DNA of 64,000 nucleotides from an uncultured Chloroflexia bacterium (GTDB lineage: Bacteria; Chloroflexota; Limnocylindria; Limnocylindrales; CSP1-4). Positions 21,160-30,611 of this stretch are shown here, in pieces (position 1 is the stretch's first letter; each line of letters opens with the position of its first letter). The stretch spans positions 519,995 to 583,994 of the forward strand of contig CAVXEB010000004.1 in NCBI GenBank assembly GCA_963760735.1, read 5' to 3'. Position numbers and translations under genes: made by a program. The notes beneath the pieces were generated by a model, which was not told the DNA's origin, did not search any database, and was given only the letters and a program-made list of their open reading frames with translations.

Positions 21160-21387
21160 ATGGATGCTCTTCGCCCACGGGCCAGGGGACGGGCCGTTCC
21201 GGCCGGACCGAGCGGATCTGTGGCTGGTTGGCTGTTCGTTCGCGTCGTCTGGCCCGTTGTCGTCGCGATCGCCGTCATCAGCCTGATCGCGTGGCCACTC
21301 ATCGTCGACCCGATCAGCACGTTGGCCGCGGCGGTCGTCATCGCCATCCCCTGCGTGATCGTGTGGCTCAGGCGCGCGACGTACTGA
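21160..21387 (+). CDS. Small (75-aa) two-TM membrane protein, hypothetical
   Basis: ATG preceded by AAGGTGG; WLFVRVVWPVVVAIAVISLIAWPLIV. Confidence 0.4.
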   Translation: MDALRPRARGRAVPAGPSGSVAGWLFVRVVWPVVVAIAVISLIAWPLIVDPISTLAAAVVIAIPCVIVWLRRATY

Positions 21388-21570
21388 GTCATCGGCAAGG
21401 ATTCGGGCTAGATACCCAGGCGTGCCATGCTCGCCAGCCGGGCAGCGGCGGCCCCCACCACCGCGCGGGGGCGTGAACCATCCGGTCAGAGCGGCGGGCC
21501 GCGGCGAGTCGAGGAGCATGTGCTCCGCGGTCGACGCTCAGGGCGCGCCGACGGTGTGATCCGGCGAGGT

Positions 21571-23310
21571 TCAGCCCTCGGTCGAAGCCCGCTGGCGCTG
21601 GCTCCGGTACTCGTGGATCTGGCGAATGGCCGTCGACCCGTCGCCGACGGCCGCAGCCACGCGCTTGACGGGGCTGAGGCGAACGTCGCCTGCGGCGAAC
21701 ACGCCGGGCATGGTCGTGGCGAGGCTCAGCCCGTCGCCGGGATCCTGCCGCTGCTCGCCAGTGAGGATGAAGCCGTGGTCGTCGCGGACCAGCTCGGCCG
21801 GCAGCCAGCCGGTATGCGGCGCCGCCCCGATGAGGATGAACGCCGCGGCGGCCGTCATCTCGTCCGAGGCGCCGGTCGTCCGATCCCGCAGGACGAGGCC
21901 CTCGAGCCGGAGGTCGCCGCGGACGTCGACGATCTCCGTGTTGAACCGGATGTCGACGTTGTCGGCGTTGTCGAGCTCACGGACGAGGTAGTCGGACATC
22001 GTCTCGACGATGGATCCGCCGCGAACGAGGACCGTCACATGGGAGGCATGACGGGCGAGATGCATCGCGGCTGACCCGGCGGAGTTGGCGCCCCCCACGA
22101 CAACGACCCGCTCGCCCTTGATCGCCGGCGCCTCGCTCGTGCCGGAACCGTAGTACACCCCTCGACCGACGAGCGCCTCGAGACGCTCGATGCCCACCCG
22201 ACGATAGGACACGCCCGTTGCGACGACGACGGCGCCCGCCCGGAGCACGGACCCGTCATCGACCGCCACGAGAAGATCCTCGCCCTCGGATCGGAGGCCC
22301 GTCGCGGTCCGCCCGAGGACGAACTTCGCCCCGAAGGTCAGGGCCTGCTGGAACCCCCGCGCGGTGAGCTCGGCTCCCGTGACGCCCGCCGGAAAGCCGA
22401 GGTAGTTCCGCATCATCGGGCTGGAGCTCGCCTGGCCCCCGATGGCCGTCGACTCGATCACGGTCACGCTCATGCCCTCGGACGCGGCGTACACGGCGGC
22501 TGCCAGCCCGGCCGGACCGCCGCCGATCACGGCGACGTCGACAGGGCTCTCGACCACGGAGGTCTGGATTCCGAGCGCCATCGCCAGGTCGGCTTGCCCC
22601 GGTTGCACGAGGGTTCGCCCGTCGGCCAGGACCACGACCGGCAGCGGACCATTGGTCCCGGCCGCCTCGAGCAGAGCGCGGCCGTCCGGCGACTGGGCGT
22701 CGCGGAACGCGAACGGCAGCAGCAGCCGCGCGAACACGTCCCGGAGCTCACCCGCCGCCGTGTCCCACGGATTGCCGACGATCGTGAGGGCAATGCCGGC
22801 CCGATCACTCTCGTGCGTCCAGCGCGCGAGTGCGGCCGTCAGAACGGCATGGAACTCCTCGTCAGCCGGCCCGAACGGCCGGGGGAGCCACGTGTCGATC
22901 TCGTCGAGGATGATCCCGTGGACGGTGGCGTCGATCGCCGTGAAGTCGGACCAGTCAGTCAGGAGCAACCGCTGGGCAATCGGATGCAGCCGCCGGGACC
23001 GAGCGAGGAGCGAAGCACCGGTTTCCCCCGGCATCCACTGGTCGGCCACGATCATCGCGACGAGCCGCCCGGCCGAATGGAGATCCTCCAGACGAGCCAT
23101 GGCATCCGCGGCGGACGATTCGGCGGTGACGTCATAGTCGTGGCCGTACCGCCGGTCGACGGCCTCCAGAAGCAGGCCACGCGACACGCCGTCGTCGTCG
23201 ACAAGGAGGATGACCGGAAGCGGGTCGGGGATCGGGTCACGGCAGGTATCCTCAGGAGCGGCTCGACCTGGCGACTTCGGGCTGGAGCCGAGGCGTCGCA
23301 TCGTCTCCAA
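21571..23310 (-). CDS. Response-regulator receiver domain fused to a thioredoxin-reductase-like FAD/NAD(P) oxidoreductase
   Basis: VILLVDDDGVSRGLL ... MIVADQWMPGETG (receiver with phospho-Asp context), then VAVIGGGPAGLAAAVYAASEG ... VVVGGANSAG ... GVFAAGDVR (two dinucleotide folds). Confidence 0.65.
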   Translation of the reverse strand: METMRRLGSSPKSPGRAAPEDTCRDPIPDPLPVILLVDDDGVSRGLLLEAVDRRYGHDYDVTAESSAADAMARLEDLHSAGRLVAMIVADQWMPGETGASLLARSRRLHPIAQRLLLTDWSDFTAIDATVHGIILDEIDTWLPRPFGPADEEFHAVLTAALARWTHESDRAGIALTIVGNPWDTAAGELRDVFARLLLPFAFRDAQSPDGRALLEAAGTNGPLPVVVLADGRTLVQPGQADLAMALGIQTSVVESPVDVAVIGGGPAGLAAAVYAASEGMSVTVIESTAIGGQASSSPMMRNYLGFPAGVTGAELTARGFQQALTFGAKFVLGRTATGLRSEGEDLLVAVDDGSVLRAGAVVVATGVSYRRVGIERLEALVGRGVYYGSGTSEAPAIKGERVVVVGGANSAGSAAMHLARHASHVTVLVRGGSIVETMSDYLVRELDNADNVDIRFNTEIVDVRGDLRLEGLVLRDRTTGASDEMTAAAAFILIGAAPHTGWLPAELVRDDHGFILTGEQRQDPGDGLSLATTMPGVFAAGDVRLSPVKRVAAAVGDGSTAIRQIHEYRSQRQRASTEG

Positions 23311-23419
23311 CCCCGCCGCGAAGGTCCGCGCAGCGTCGCGCCGGAGCGTGAATTATCGGTCGCCGAGTACCGGCGCGCGACCCCGTCGCGCCTCGGGCGA
23401 AAACGGGCGACGCAGTCGT

Positions 23420-23860
23420 CGAGCCTGGCCCGGAGCAGCCGAAGATCGGGCCGTTCGTGCGTGAAAATGGCTCCGGCGGGCGGGAGCCGGCCGTGTACTG
23501 AATCTGCAGGGGCCCGCGGCGAGCGTTATCCCGCTCGCCCACCCCGGTCGTTCGCGTGAGTGGCTTGCGGCGGCGGCGTTCGAGTGCGCCCGGTGCCACC
23601 AGGTGGTCGAACGACGGTCGCCGGTCCAGCGACACTGCCTGGAATGTCGCGCCTCCCTGAAGGGATCCAGGAGCCTTGCAGCCGTGGCGCGCGCAAGGGG
23701 TTCGGGGCATCCTGCGCGCCCGCTACGTGACCCGAGCTGACCCGCGGGACACTGAGGTCGGAGGCTCAAGAGGGATAGCCCCGCCACCACCGACCTTCCG
23801 ATCACGATGCGGCTCGCCGAGCCTCCGGAGCCCTTCGACTGGCTGCGGAGCGCATGACGC
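23420..23860. repeat. Repeat-family copy 1: 3' part of a Zn-ribbon gene + ~100-bp conserved leader (uORF ...DLPITMRLAEPPEPFDWLRSA) preceding a small LuxR gene
   Basis: Aligned by eye to 46900-47320 (longest copy) and 31591-31680. Confidence 0.6.
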
Positions 23861-24144
23861 GCCGGCCTCGCTACCGGGCCGAACGCGCCACGGACCGTGA
23901 GGTCGGGGTGGTCGCAGCCGTGCTGCTGACCGGGTCGGAGAAGGCAGCCGCCCACCGCCTCGGCCTGGCGCACTCGACCGTGAAGCACCACCTGGCGAAT
24001 GCCCGGTCGAAGGTGGGGGTGGCGACGACCGCACAGCTCGTGTGGATCCTAGCCCCGCGTCTGCCCGAGCGAGAGGACTCCGATCATCAGAACGAGACGC
24101 CTGAACGTCGGTCTCCGGCGCCGGATCTCTCCGGATCAGGCTGA
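23854..24144 (+). CDS. Small single-domain LuxR/GerE-type HTH regulator (cassette copy 1)
   Basis: EREVGVVAAVLLTGSEKAAAHRLGLAHSTVKHHLANARSKVGV; its ATG overlaps the uORF stop (gcATGAcg). Confidence 0.55.
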   Translation: MTRRPRYRAERATDREVGVVAAVLLTGSEKAAAHRLGLAHSTVKHHLANARSKVGVATTAQLVWILAPRLPEREDSDHQNETPERRSPAPDLSGSG

Positions 24145-24270
24145 GTGGCACTGGTCCACCGCCAGGCAAACGGACAGACTTGCCAGAGGCCTCGGGGCGC
24201 TTTGACGTGCGGTCCTCCAGGTATGGACCCGGTTCAAGCGCGTCCGCAGCCGGGAGGCCTCCGTCCAGCG

Positions 24271-24996
24271 ATGCCCCACCGTGTCGGCTTCTGGGCGGCC
24301 ATCCTGACCGTGCTCCTCACGGCAGCGACCGCCGTCGCAGGGGTCGCCACGCCCGCCAGGAGTGGCCCGTTCTGTGGCCCGACGACCTGGGCCTGCGTCC
24401 CCGCCCCGTACACCGACGTCGCCCAGTTCATTCCCGGCGACTACCTGTGGCTCATCCCGGCGATCCTGCTGGTGCCCGTCTTCGTCGTGCTCATGGCCGC
24501 GGTCCACGACTACGCATCTGAGCCGCGGAAGATCTTCAGCCGGATCGCCCTGGCCTTCGCGCTCGCCTACGCGGTCGTGATCGGCATCGACTACTTCGCC
24601 CAGTTCGCGGTGGTCATCCCGAGCCTGCGGGCCGGTGAGACCGAGGGCTTGTCGCTGTTCACCCAGTACAACCCGCACGGACTGTTCATCGCCGGCGAGG
24701 CGTTCGGCTACCTCGCGATGAGCCTCGCGCTCCTGTTCCTCGCACCCGTCTTCGCCGGCGGCCGGATCGAGGGCGCCATCCGCTGGCTGTTCATGGGCGG
24801 CTTCGCCCTGGCCGTCCTGGCATTGGTCGGGCTGTGGATCGTCGGCGGCGACCTCATCGCCTTCGAGGTCGCGGTCCTATCGATCAACTGGATCGTCCTC
24901 ATCGCCTCGGGCGTGCTCCTGAGCCTCGTCTTCCGGCGCGCGCTGCGGAACACGAGGGCGAGGCCGATCGGCGAGCCGGAGGCGAGAGCGACATGA
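24271..24996 (+). CDS. Hypothetical polytopic membrane protein
   Basis: ATG at 24271 with GGGAGG 13 nt upstream; six or more hydrophobic segments. Confidence 0.4.
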   Translation: MPHRVGFWAAILTVLLTAATAVAGVATPARSGPFCGPTTWACVPAPYTDVAQFIPGDYLWLIPAILLVPVFVVLMAAVHDYASEPRKIFSRIALAFALAYAVVIGIDYFAQFAVVIPSLRAGETEGLSLFTQYNPHGLFIAGEAFGYLAMSLALLFLAPVFAGGRIEGAIRWLFMGGFALAVLALVGLWIVGGDLIAFEVAVLSINWIVLIASGVLLSLVFRRALRNTRARPIGEPEARAT

Positions 24997-25442
24997 TCCA
25001 CATCAAGGGAGACATCGTTATCGACCGTCCCGTGGAGGTTGTGTTCGACTACGTCGCCGACGAGTGCAACGAGCCGAGCTACAACCCGCAGATGCGCGTC
25101 GCCGAGAAGATCTCGGACGGACCCATCGGTGTGGCCACGCAGTACCGGGCGGAGGTCGTGAGCGGGGGCCGGCCCGTCTCGATGGTCATCGAGTTCACGG
25201 CGTACGAGCGACCCCGGCGGCTCGCATCCAGGACCACGATGTCGTCCATGGACATCGCATACACCCTGACCTTCGAGCCCGTTCCGGAGGGGACCCGGAT
25301 GCGCTGGTCGGGGGAGATCGAGCCGCACGGCATGCTCAATCTGATGGGCCCGCTGGTCGGGTGGATGGGTCGGCGACAAGAACTGCGAATCTGGACCGGC
25401 CTGAAGGACCTCCTCGAAGGGAAGGAAGCCTCGGCCCCCTAA
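24993..25442 (+). CDS. SRPBCC (START/Bet v1-like, polyketide-cyclase/AHSA1-type) protein
   Basis: MIHIKGDIVIDRPVEVVFDYVADECNEPSYNPQM ... ; ATGA overlap with the upstream gene. Confidence 0.55.
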   Translation: MIHIKGDIVIDRPVEVVFDYVADECNEPSYNPQMRVAEKISDGPIGVATQYRAEVVSGGRPVSMVIEFTAYERPRRLASRTTMSSMDIAYTLTFEPVPEGTRMRWSGEIEPHGMLNLMGPLVGWMGRRQELRIWTGLKDLLEGKEASAP

Positions 25443-25509
25443 GCCCGGTCGGAAACCCACCGACCCCGGGCACTGTTGCCCGTTCACCGTCGCTGCAAGG
25501 AGTACGCAC

Positions 25510-25884
25510 GTGTCCGATCAGGCCGTTCGAGTCGTCTGGTTCGGCGTGCTGCTGGTGCACGGTCTCGGACACTTCGGCGCCCTAGCGGCCCTGGCGTGGC
25601 TGGCCGCCCGCCCGGGGACCTCGACTGGCGCGTGGACCGCGGCGCGGTCGTGGCTCGTGCCCTCACTCTCTCCAGGCACCGCGACCATCGTGGCGAGCGT
25701 GTTCTGGATCGCGGCGCTCGTCGGATTCGTGGCGGCCGCGCTGTTGTTCTGGTTCGGTAGCGGAGACGCGTGGCAGCCCCTCGCCATCGCATCGGCCGTC
25801 GTCTCGACGCTTGGGATCGTCCTCTTCTTCGGGACCTGGCCGATGTTCAACACGGTCGCCGCGCTTATGAGCCACGCTCGATGA
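25510..25884 (+). CDS. Hypothetical 4-TM membrane protein
   Basis: GTG start with AAGGAG RBS; VVWFGVLLVHGLGHFGAL ... Confidence 0.4.
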   Translation: MSDQAVRVVWFGVLLVHGLGHFGALAALAWLAARPGTSTGAWTAARSWLVPSLSPGTATIVASVFWIAALVGFVAAALLFWFGSGDAWQPLAIASAVVSTLGIVLFFGTWPMFNTVAALMSHAR

Positions 25885-26126
25885 GAGACGGGCACCTGCG
25901 AGGCTCGATTCCGACGACGCCGACCGCCCGTCAGGTCGACGTCCTCGCCGCCTTCGTTGCCGCCGGAGGATCCGTATCGGACGCGGCCGCGCGCGTCGGC
26001 ATCCGGCCGAGCACAGCGAAACGCCATCTCGCCGATCTGCGGGCGCGGTCGGGCCTGACCACGGAGCAGCTGATCTACCGAGGCAGGGCAGCAGGCTGGC
26101 TGGTCGTCCCGTCCCTGGATAGCTAA
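25881..26126 (+). CDS. Small LuxR-type HTH protein, translationally coupled to 25510-25884
   Basis: QVDVLAAFVAAGGSVSDAAARVGIRPSTAKRHLADLRARSGLTTEQLIY; ATGA overlap. Confidence 0.45.
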   Translation: MRDGHLRGSIPTTPTARQVDVLAAFVAAGGSVSDAAARVGIRPSTAKRHLADLRARSGLTTEQLIYRGRAAGWLVVPSLDS

Positions 26127-26887
26127 GGCGTCGCCTCGGCTGGGTGAGCCTTGAGTGCCCGCGGGAGCGGTGGCCCGACGAGCCGAGCGTACTCGTCGCG
26201 GATGAACGCGTAGCACTCGCACGTCGCGGCCTCGAGTCCGGGCCGATCGACGATCTCGATGAAGCCACGGCGGGTCGCGATGAGGCCCTGCCGGCTCAGG
26301 TCGGACGCCACCGCCGACACGGTCTGGCGGCGCACTCCGAGCATCAACGCGAGGAACTCATGAGTCATCGTGAACTCGTCCTGCGCCACGCGGTCGTCCA
26401 TCTCGAGCATCCATCGAGCTGCCCGAGCCTCCACGGCGTGGAAGCGCTCACAGCCGATGATCTGGCCGCGGATCTCCAGGACGGCCTGGGTGTACCCATG
26501 GAGCACCCTGAGGAGCGGCGCATTCCGGGCGACCTCGGCCTGGAAGGCCGCAGCGCGAAGGCGTAGGAACGCTCCCGGCGCCTGGCAGATGGCCTCCATG
26601 GGATAGGTGAGCGCACCGAGATAGACGCCGAGACCCACCATGCCGTCGCTGCCAACCAGGTTGACAGCGACGGACGACCCGTTGCGCATCTGCTGGAGCA
26701 CGGACAGGACCCCGGTCTCGGGGAAGTAGACATGCCGGATCGGGCGGTCCGGCCGCATGACCTTGACATGCCCCTTAAGGACGACCGGCTCGAGGCCTGC
26801 CCGTAGCTGCGCCTCGGCTGCCGGGTCCGCAATGCGGAGAGCCGCGAGGAGGCGGTTTCGTGGCGGGAGGTAGTCCACCAGCTGCAT
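26123..26887 (-). CDS. Crp/Fnr-family transcriptional regulator
   Basis: cNMP-binding fold (VLKGHVKVMRPDRPIRHVYFPETGVLSV) plus C-terminal HTH (RQTVSAVASDLSRQGLI). Confidence 0.75.
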   Translation of the reverse strand: MQLVDYLPPRNRLLAALRIADPAAEAQLRAGLEPVVLKGHVKVMRPDRPIRHVYFPETGVLSVLQQMRNGSSVAVNLVGSDGMVGLGVYLGALTYPMEAICQAPGAFLRLRAAAFQAEVARNAPLLRVLHGYTQAVLEIRGQIIGCERFHAVEARAARWMLEMDDRVAQDEFTMTHEFLALMLGVRRQTVSAVASDLSRQGLIATRRGFIEIVDRPGLEAATCECYAFIRDEYARLVGPPLPRALKAHPAEATP

Positions 26888-27162
26888 CCGACCCTTTCCG
26901 AGCGGCCCACAACAAGACCAGCGTGGCCTACATGGCTACCGATCGTCGGATCCCCATTTTGCCTTCCGCCACCGAGTGTCGCCCAACAGGCAGACGCGTA
27001 CCCGTGCGAGGCGCAGGTTAGCGAGTCAGACGTGCCACTGGCGTTTGTACGCCTAGGGCCAAATGGCTCCAAACACGTTCTTCCGCCGGGGAGGGGCTGG
27101 AGTCTGGCGCTCATTTGGAGCAAGCGGAAGCCCGCTCAGCGCACTACGAAAGGACACCCCTC

Positions 27163-27957
27163 ATGTCTATCGCTTCGCGAGCATCCGCAATGAGCTCGAT
27201 GCGGAAGACCGCGCTCGTCGCGGGCATCCTCTACCTGATCACCTTCATTTCGGTCGCGACACTGACCCTCTACAGCCCGGTGCTGAAGGACCCGGCCTAC
27301 ATCCTGAGCTCCGGAAGCGACGCCGGCCTGCGCTGGGGCGCCCTCATCGATGTGATCGTCGCGCTCGCCGGCATCGGCACCGCCATCACGCTGTACCCGG
27401 TCGTCAGGCGCCAGAACGAGGCCGTCGCCCTTGGGTTCGTTACCTCCCGCGTCATCGAGGGCGCGATGCTCCTCACGGGTGTCGTGAGCCTTCTCTCGCT
27501 CGCGTCCCTGCACCAGGTGGGCGCCGCGGCCGGCGCCGACTCGACCGCGCTTCTCACCAGTGGCGCCTCGTTCGTCGGGACGTACAACGCGGCGTTCCTG
27601 ATCGGCGGGACCCTCATGCCCGCGATGAATGCCCTCCTGCTCGGGTACCTGATGTACCGATCCAGCCTCGTGCCGCGACTCATTCCCGTGATCGGACTCG
27701 TCGGCGGCGTCTTGATGACGTCTTCCGTGATCGGACAGATCCTCGGCATCAACGAGAAGATCTCGGTGTGGTCTCTCATCGCGCTCCTCCCGATCTTTCT
27801 CTGGGAGCTGTCGCTCGGCCTGTGGATGACGTTCAAGGGCTTCCGCAAGGACGCACCGCTCATGGTCGAGGCTGCTGCCGAAGACGCGAGCCTGGTGGGC
27901 CCGGCAGCGCCACTGCCTTCACGACCCATCGTGGCGCCGCTGGCAGGCCCGGCATGA
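27163..27957 (+). CDS. DUF4386-family membrane protein
   Basis: ATG with AAAGGA RBS; MRKTALVAGILYLITFISV ... (recalled DUF4386 N-terminus). Confidence 0.5.
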   Translation: MSIASRASAMSSMRKTALVAGILYLITFISVATLTLYSPVLKDPAYILSSGSDAGLRWGALIDVIVALAGIGTAITLYPVVRRQNEAVALGFVTSRVIEGAMLLTGVVSLLSLASLHQVGAAAGADSTALLTSGASFVGTYNAAFLIGGTLMPAMNALLLGYLMYRSSLVPRLIPVIGLVGGVLMTSSVIGQILGINEKISVWSLIALLPIFLWELSLGLWMTFKGFRKDAPLMVEAAAEDASLVGPAAPLPSRPIVAPLAGPA

Positions 27958-28421
27958 CCGCCGGGCAGGAGCGGACTGCCAAGATCCCTCCCCGGGTGTT
28001 CGCTCGCACCGCCTGGGTGCTGCACCGCGCCCTCCTTCGGCTCAGCGGGGGCCGGATCGGTCTCAGGCCCCCGGGCAAGACGTTCGGGATGCTCAAGCTC
28101 TCGACGGTTGGGCGGCGCTCGGGCCAGGCCCGGGTCGCGATCGTGGGCTACTACGAGGACGGGCCCAACCTCGTCACGCTGGCCATGAACGGCTGGGGCG
28201 AGGCCGAGCCCGCGTGGTGGCTCAACCTCCAGGCGCAGCCGAATACGACGGTCGAGCTGAACGAGGGTCGCCGGGCCGTCCGCGGTCGCGCCGCGGAAGG
28301 CGAGGAGCGCGATCGTCTCTGGGCGCGGTGGGGCGAGTTCAGCCCCGACTACGACGCCTGGGCGGCGATGCGCTCCGGGCAGACCGCGGTCGTGGTGCTC
28401 GAACCTCGCGCCGCCGTCTGA
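27954..28421 (+). CDS. Deazaflavin (F420)-dependent nitroreductase-family protein (DUF385-type)
   Basis: GRRSGQARVAIVGYYEDGPNLVTLAMNGWGEAEPAWWLNLQAQP signature; ATGA coupling to DUF4386. Confidence 0.65.
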   Translation: MTAGQERTAKIPPRVFARTAWVLHRALLRLSGGRIGLRPPGKTFGMLKLSTVGRRSGQARVAIVGYYEDGPNLVTLAMNGWGEAEPAWWLNLQAQPNTTVELNEGRRAVRGRAAEGEERDRLWARWGEFSPDYDAWAAMRSGQTAVVVLEPRAAV

Positions 28422-28586
28422 TGGGAAGGGGCCCGGATGCACGCTTCTGGGTCCCTCATCCCTGGGCTCTTGCCTCTTTCTGACGGGGTGTCGATCGCAA
28501 CGGTCGCGTCCCACCTCGTCGTGATCCCACAGGCGTAGCACCGCAGGCGAATAGACCGGCCAGCCACGCCTGCGGACGATCTGCGG

Positions 28587-29062
28587 GTGAAGCTGTGCAC
28601 GGTCTGCGGTGTCGTCACCAGCCGCGCTGGTAGCCGCTGCACCGAGCACGCTCGCCAGTCCAACCGCAGCCGGCACAACGCCCTGTACAGCACGCGGGCC
28701 TGGCAACGGCTCAGCGCCCGCGTCCTTCGTGCCTGGCGCGGCGAGCACGGCGACTGGTGTCCGGGCTACAGCGCGCCGCCCACCAAGCGTCGGACCTGAC
28801 CGTCGATCACGTCGTCCCGCTCGCCGCTGGCGGTGCGCCGTTCGACATCGCCAACGCCGTCGTGCTGTGCCGCTCGTGCAACTCGACGAAGGGTGCGTCG
28901 ACCGACCGGGGCGGGGTAGCCCATGTGGCGACGCGGATGCCCGCAGACCGCGCCCGGCGACTGTGTGCACGCGGCCGGGTTTCGCGGATTATCCCGGTCG
29001 CCGATCGGGGATCGGGGCAGGTTCGCCCGTGGGCGCCCACGTTGGCCCACGTGCCGCGATGA
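28587..29062 (+). pseudogene. HNH endonuclease, frameshifted (~28790)
   Basis: Frame 1: CTVCGVVTSRAGSRCTEH ... YSTRAWQRLSARVL; frame 2: DLTVDHVVPLAAGGAPFDIANAVVLCRSCNSTKG. Confidence 0.5.
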
Positions 29063-29148
29063 GCCCGACCGTGGCCACAGACGCGACCGAACGGAGAAGG
29101 GCCCCGGGTTCGCGCCCGGGGCCCGAGGGTGCGCTGGGGGTGACCGGG

Positions 29149-29439
29149 CTATCCGGCGTCGCCCTGCGCGCCGGCCTCCGGCGTGATCGGCTTGGGTCCG
29201 CTCTTGCTGCGCTTCTTGATCGGCTCCGCGATGGGCTCCGGCTCGGCCGCCTCGCCCTCGGCCGCCTTGCGGGCCAGGGCCGCCTTGCGCAGCGCGTTCG
29301 TGTACTGGTTCCAGTGGGTCTTGCACATCCGCCCGAGGCCGTCCTTCTGGCTCGGCTGGACCGGGAACTCGTCGGTGGGCGCCTCGTGCGCCTCGATCCC
29401 GAACTTGGTCGACCCGATGCACTTCCGCATCTCTGCCAT
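29149..29439 (-). CDS. Small basic hypothetical protein (96 aa), phage-like
   Basis: ATG with AAAGGA RBS; MAEMRKCIGSTKFGIEAHEAP ... MCKTHWNQYTNALRK. Confidence 0.4.
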   Translation of the reverse strand: MAEMRKCIGSTKFGIEAHEAPTDEFPVQPSQKDGLGRMCKTHWNQYTNALRKAALARKAAEGEAAEPEPIAEPIKKRSKSGPKPITPEAGAQGDAG

Positions 29440-29540
29440 GTTGTTCGTCCTTTCGCTCGCCAACGCCGACCTGGCGTTGCGGCGGACATCCATCACGCTG
29501 CCGGCGCGACGATGCAAGGCCGACGATCGGCGGCCGCCCG

Positions 29541-30050
29541 ATGACCACGACCCGGGTGGCCGCCCCGACGGCGTCCTGGCGCAACCGGATCACCGGGTCC
29601 GGTGAGGAGGCGCCCGACCAGCTCCTGGCCAACCCCGCGAACTGGCGGATCCATCCGAAGGCGCAGCAGGACGCGCTCGCTGGCGCGCTCGATGCGGTGG
29701 GCTGGGTCCAGCAGGTGCTCGTCAACCGGAGCTCCGGCTTCGTCGTCGACGGCCACGCTCGTGTCGCGCTCGCGCTCAGCCGCGGCGAGCCGACCGTACC
29801 GGTCCTGTACGTCGACCTCGCGCCCGAGGAGGAGGCGCTCGTTCTCGCGACCCTGGACCCGATCGGCGCGATGGCCGGCCGCGACGACGAGAAGCTCAAG
29901 GCCCTCCTGGCAGACGTCACAGTCGACGACGCCGGGCTCCTCGCCTTGCTCGGCGACCTCGGCGGCCACGAGCCGAAGGCCGGACTCACCGATCCCGACG
30001 AGGTCCCCGAGCCGCCCGAGGAGCCGTCCGTCAAGCCGGGCGAGCTCTGG
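29541..30050 (+). pseudogene. ParB-like nuclease N-terminal domain, truncated by the 450-bp duplication
   Basis: NPANWRIHPKAQQDALAGALDAVGWVQQVLVNRSSGFVVDGHARV ... PGELWRLG; the sequence diverges into repeat-derived junk from ~30040. Other members of this family usually continue as a DNA methylase domain. Confidence 0.5.
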
Positions 30051-30495
30051 CGGCTCGGTAGCGCCCGGTTCATCGACAGGCTGCCGTGCGAGCGCAGAGG
30101 CACGTTGGACTCCTCCTTGAGCCGGGCGACCACGTCGACGGCGTCGCCGCGCACGAGGGTCGCGTCGGGCCAATCGAGGGGTTCTTCGAGCGTCGTCGAG
30201 ACGACCGTGGTCGGCAGGTTCCTCAGCGCGCCGTTGACCGGGTCGACGTCCTTCAAGAACCCGGTTCGCGGGCCAATGGACTGCATGAACATCCGAATTG
30301 TGCTCGCGCCGAGGACCAGCCGCTGCGGCTCCCGATAGAGGGCGAGACGGCGGTCGAGGAACTCCGGCCCCTGCTTGCCCCAGTAACCGCCCCAATCGCC
30401 TTCGGCGCCGTAGGAGCCGTAGCCGTCGAGGGTCGAGAACACGTCGTAGGTGTAGAGAGCGGTCAAGATGGTTTCCTCGCGTTTCCGGCCTAACT
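30040..30495. repeat. ~450-bp segmental duplication of 46000-46445 (DHFR-family gene 5' end plus ~25 bp upstream)
   Basis: Near-identical nucleotide sequence. Boundaries are agcgcccggttcat(c/t)gacagg at the low end and gtttcctcgcgtttccgg at the high end. Confidence 0.6.
30055..30466 (-). pseudogene. 5' fragment (~137 codons) of a DHFR-family (RibD C-terminal-like) gene. It duplicates 46009-46420.
   Basis: MTALYTYDVFSTLDGYGSYGAEGDWGGYWGKQGPEF ... SLSMNRAL is identical to the start of the 45836-46420 gene, then diverges. Confidence 0.55.
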
Positions 30496-30611
30496 GCTCG
30501 CGCCGACGCTTTCCGACTGGTCGTGGTCACCCGAGGCGCCCAAGCTCGGAGTGACGTGACTCGGGGCCCGTGGGAGTAGCATCACCGCCTCGCGGGAGGA
30601 GGTCGCTGTCG

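Noticed and set aside
22594-23559. 321-aa plus ORF overlapping the RR-TrxR gene
   Set aside because: Off-frame; its only conserved stretch is the start of the repeat family at its 3' end.
23353-23991. Antisense ORFs beginning MVLHGRVR... opposite each small LuxR gene (also 31538-31816, 47190-47456)
   Set aside because: Conserved only because the sense LuxR gene is conserved; there is no independent support.
27063-27160. Imperfect inverted repeat (ggctccaaac ... catttggagc) upstream of the DUF4386 gene, as a possible Crp-type operator
   Set aside because: Does not resemble the TGTGA-N6-TCACA consensus and the arms are ~55 nt apart; kept only as a note.
29493-30530. 345-aa and 307-aa minus ORFs (29493-30530, 45678-46601) and the 566-aa ORF 28766-30466
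   Set aside because: Wrong-frame or read-through translations over the duplicated DHFR 5' segment; Arg/Pro-rich.
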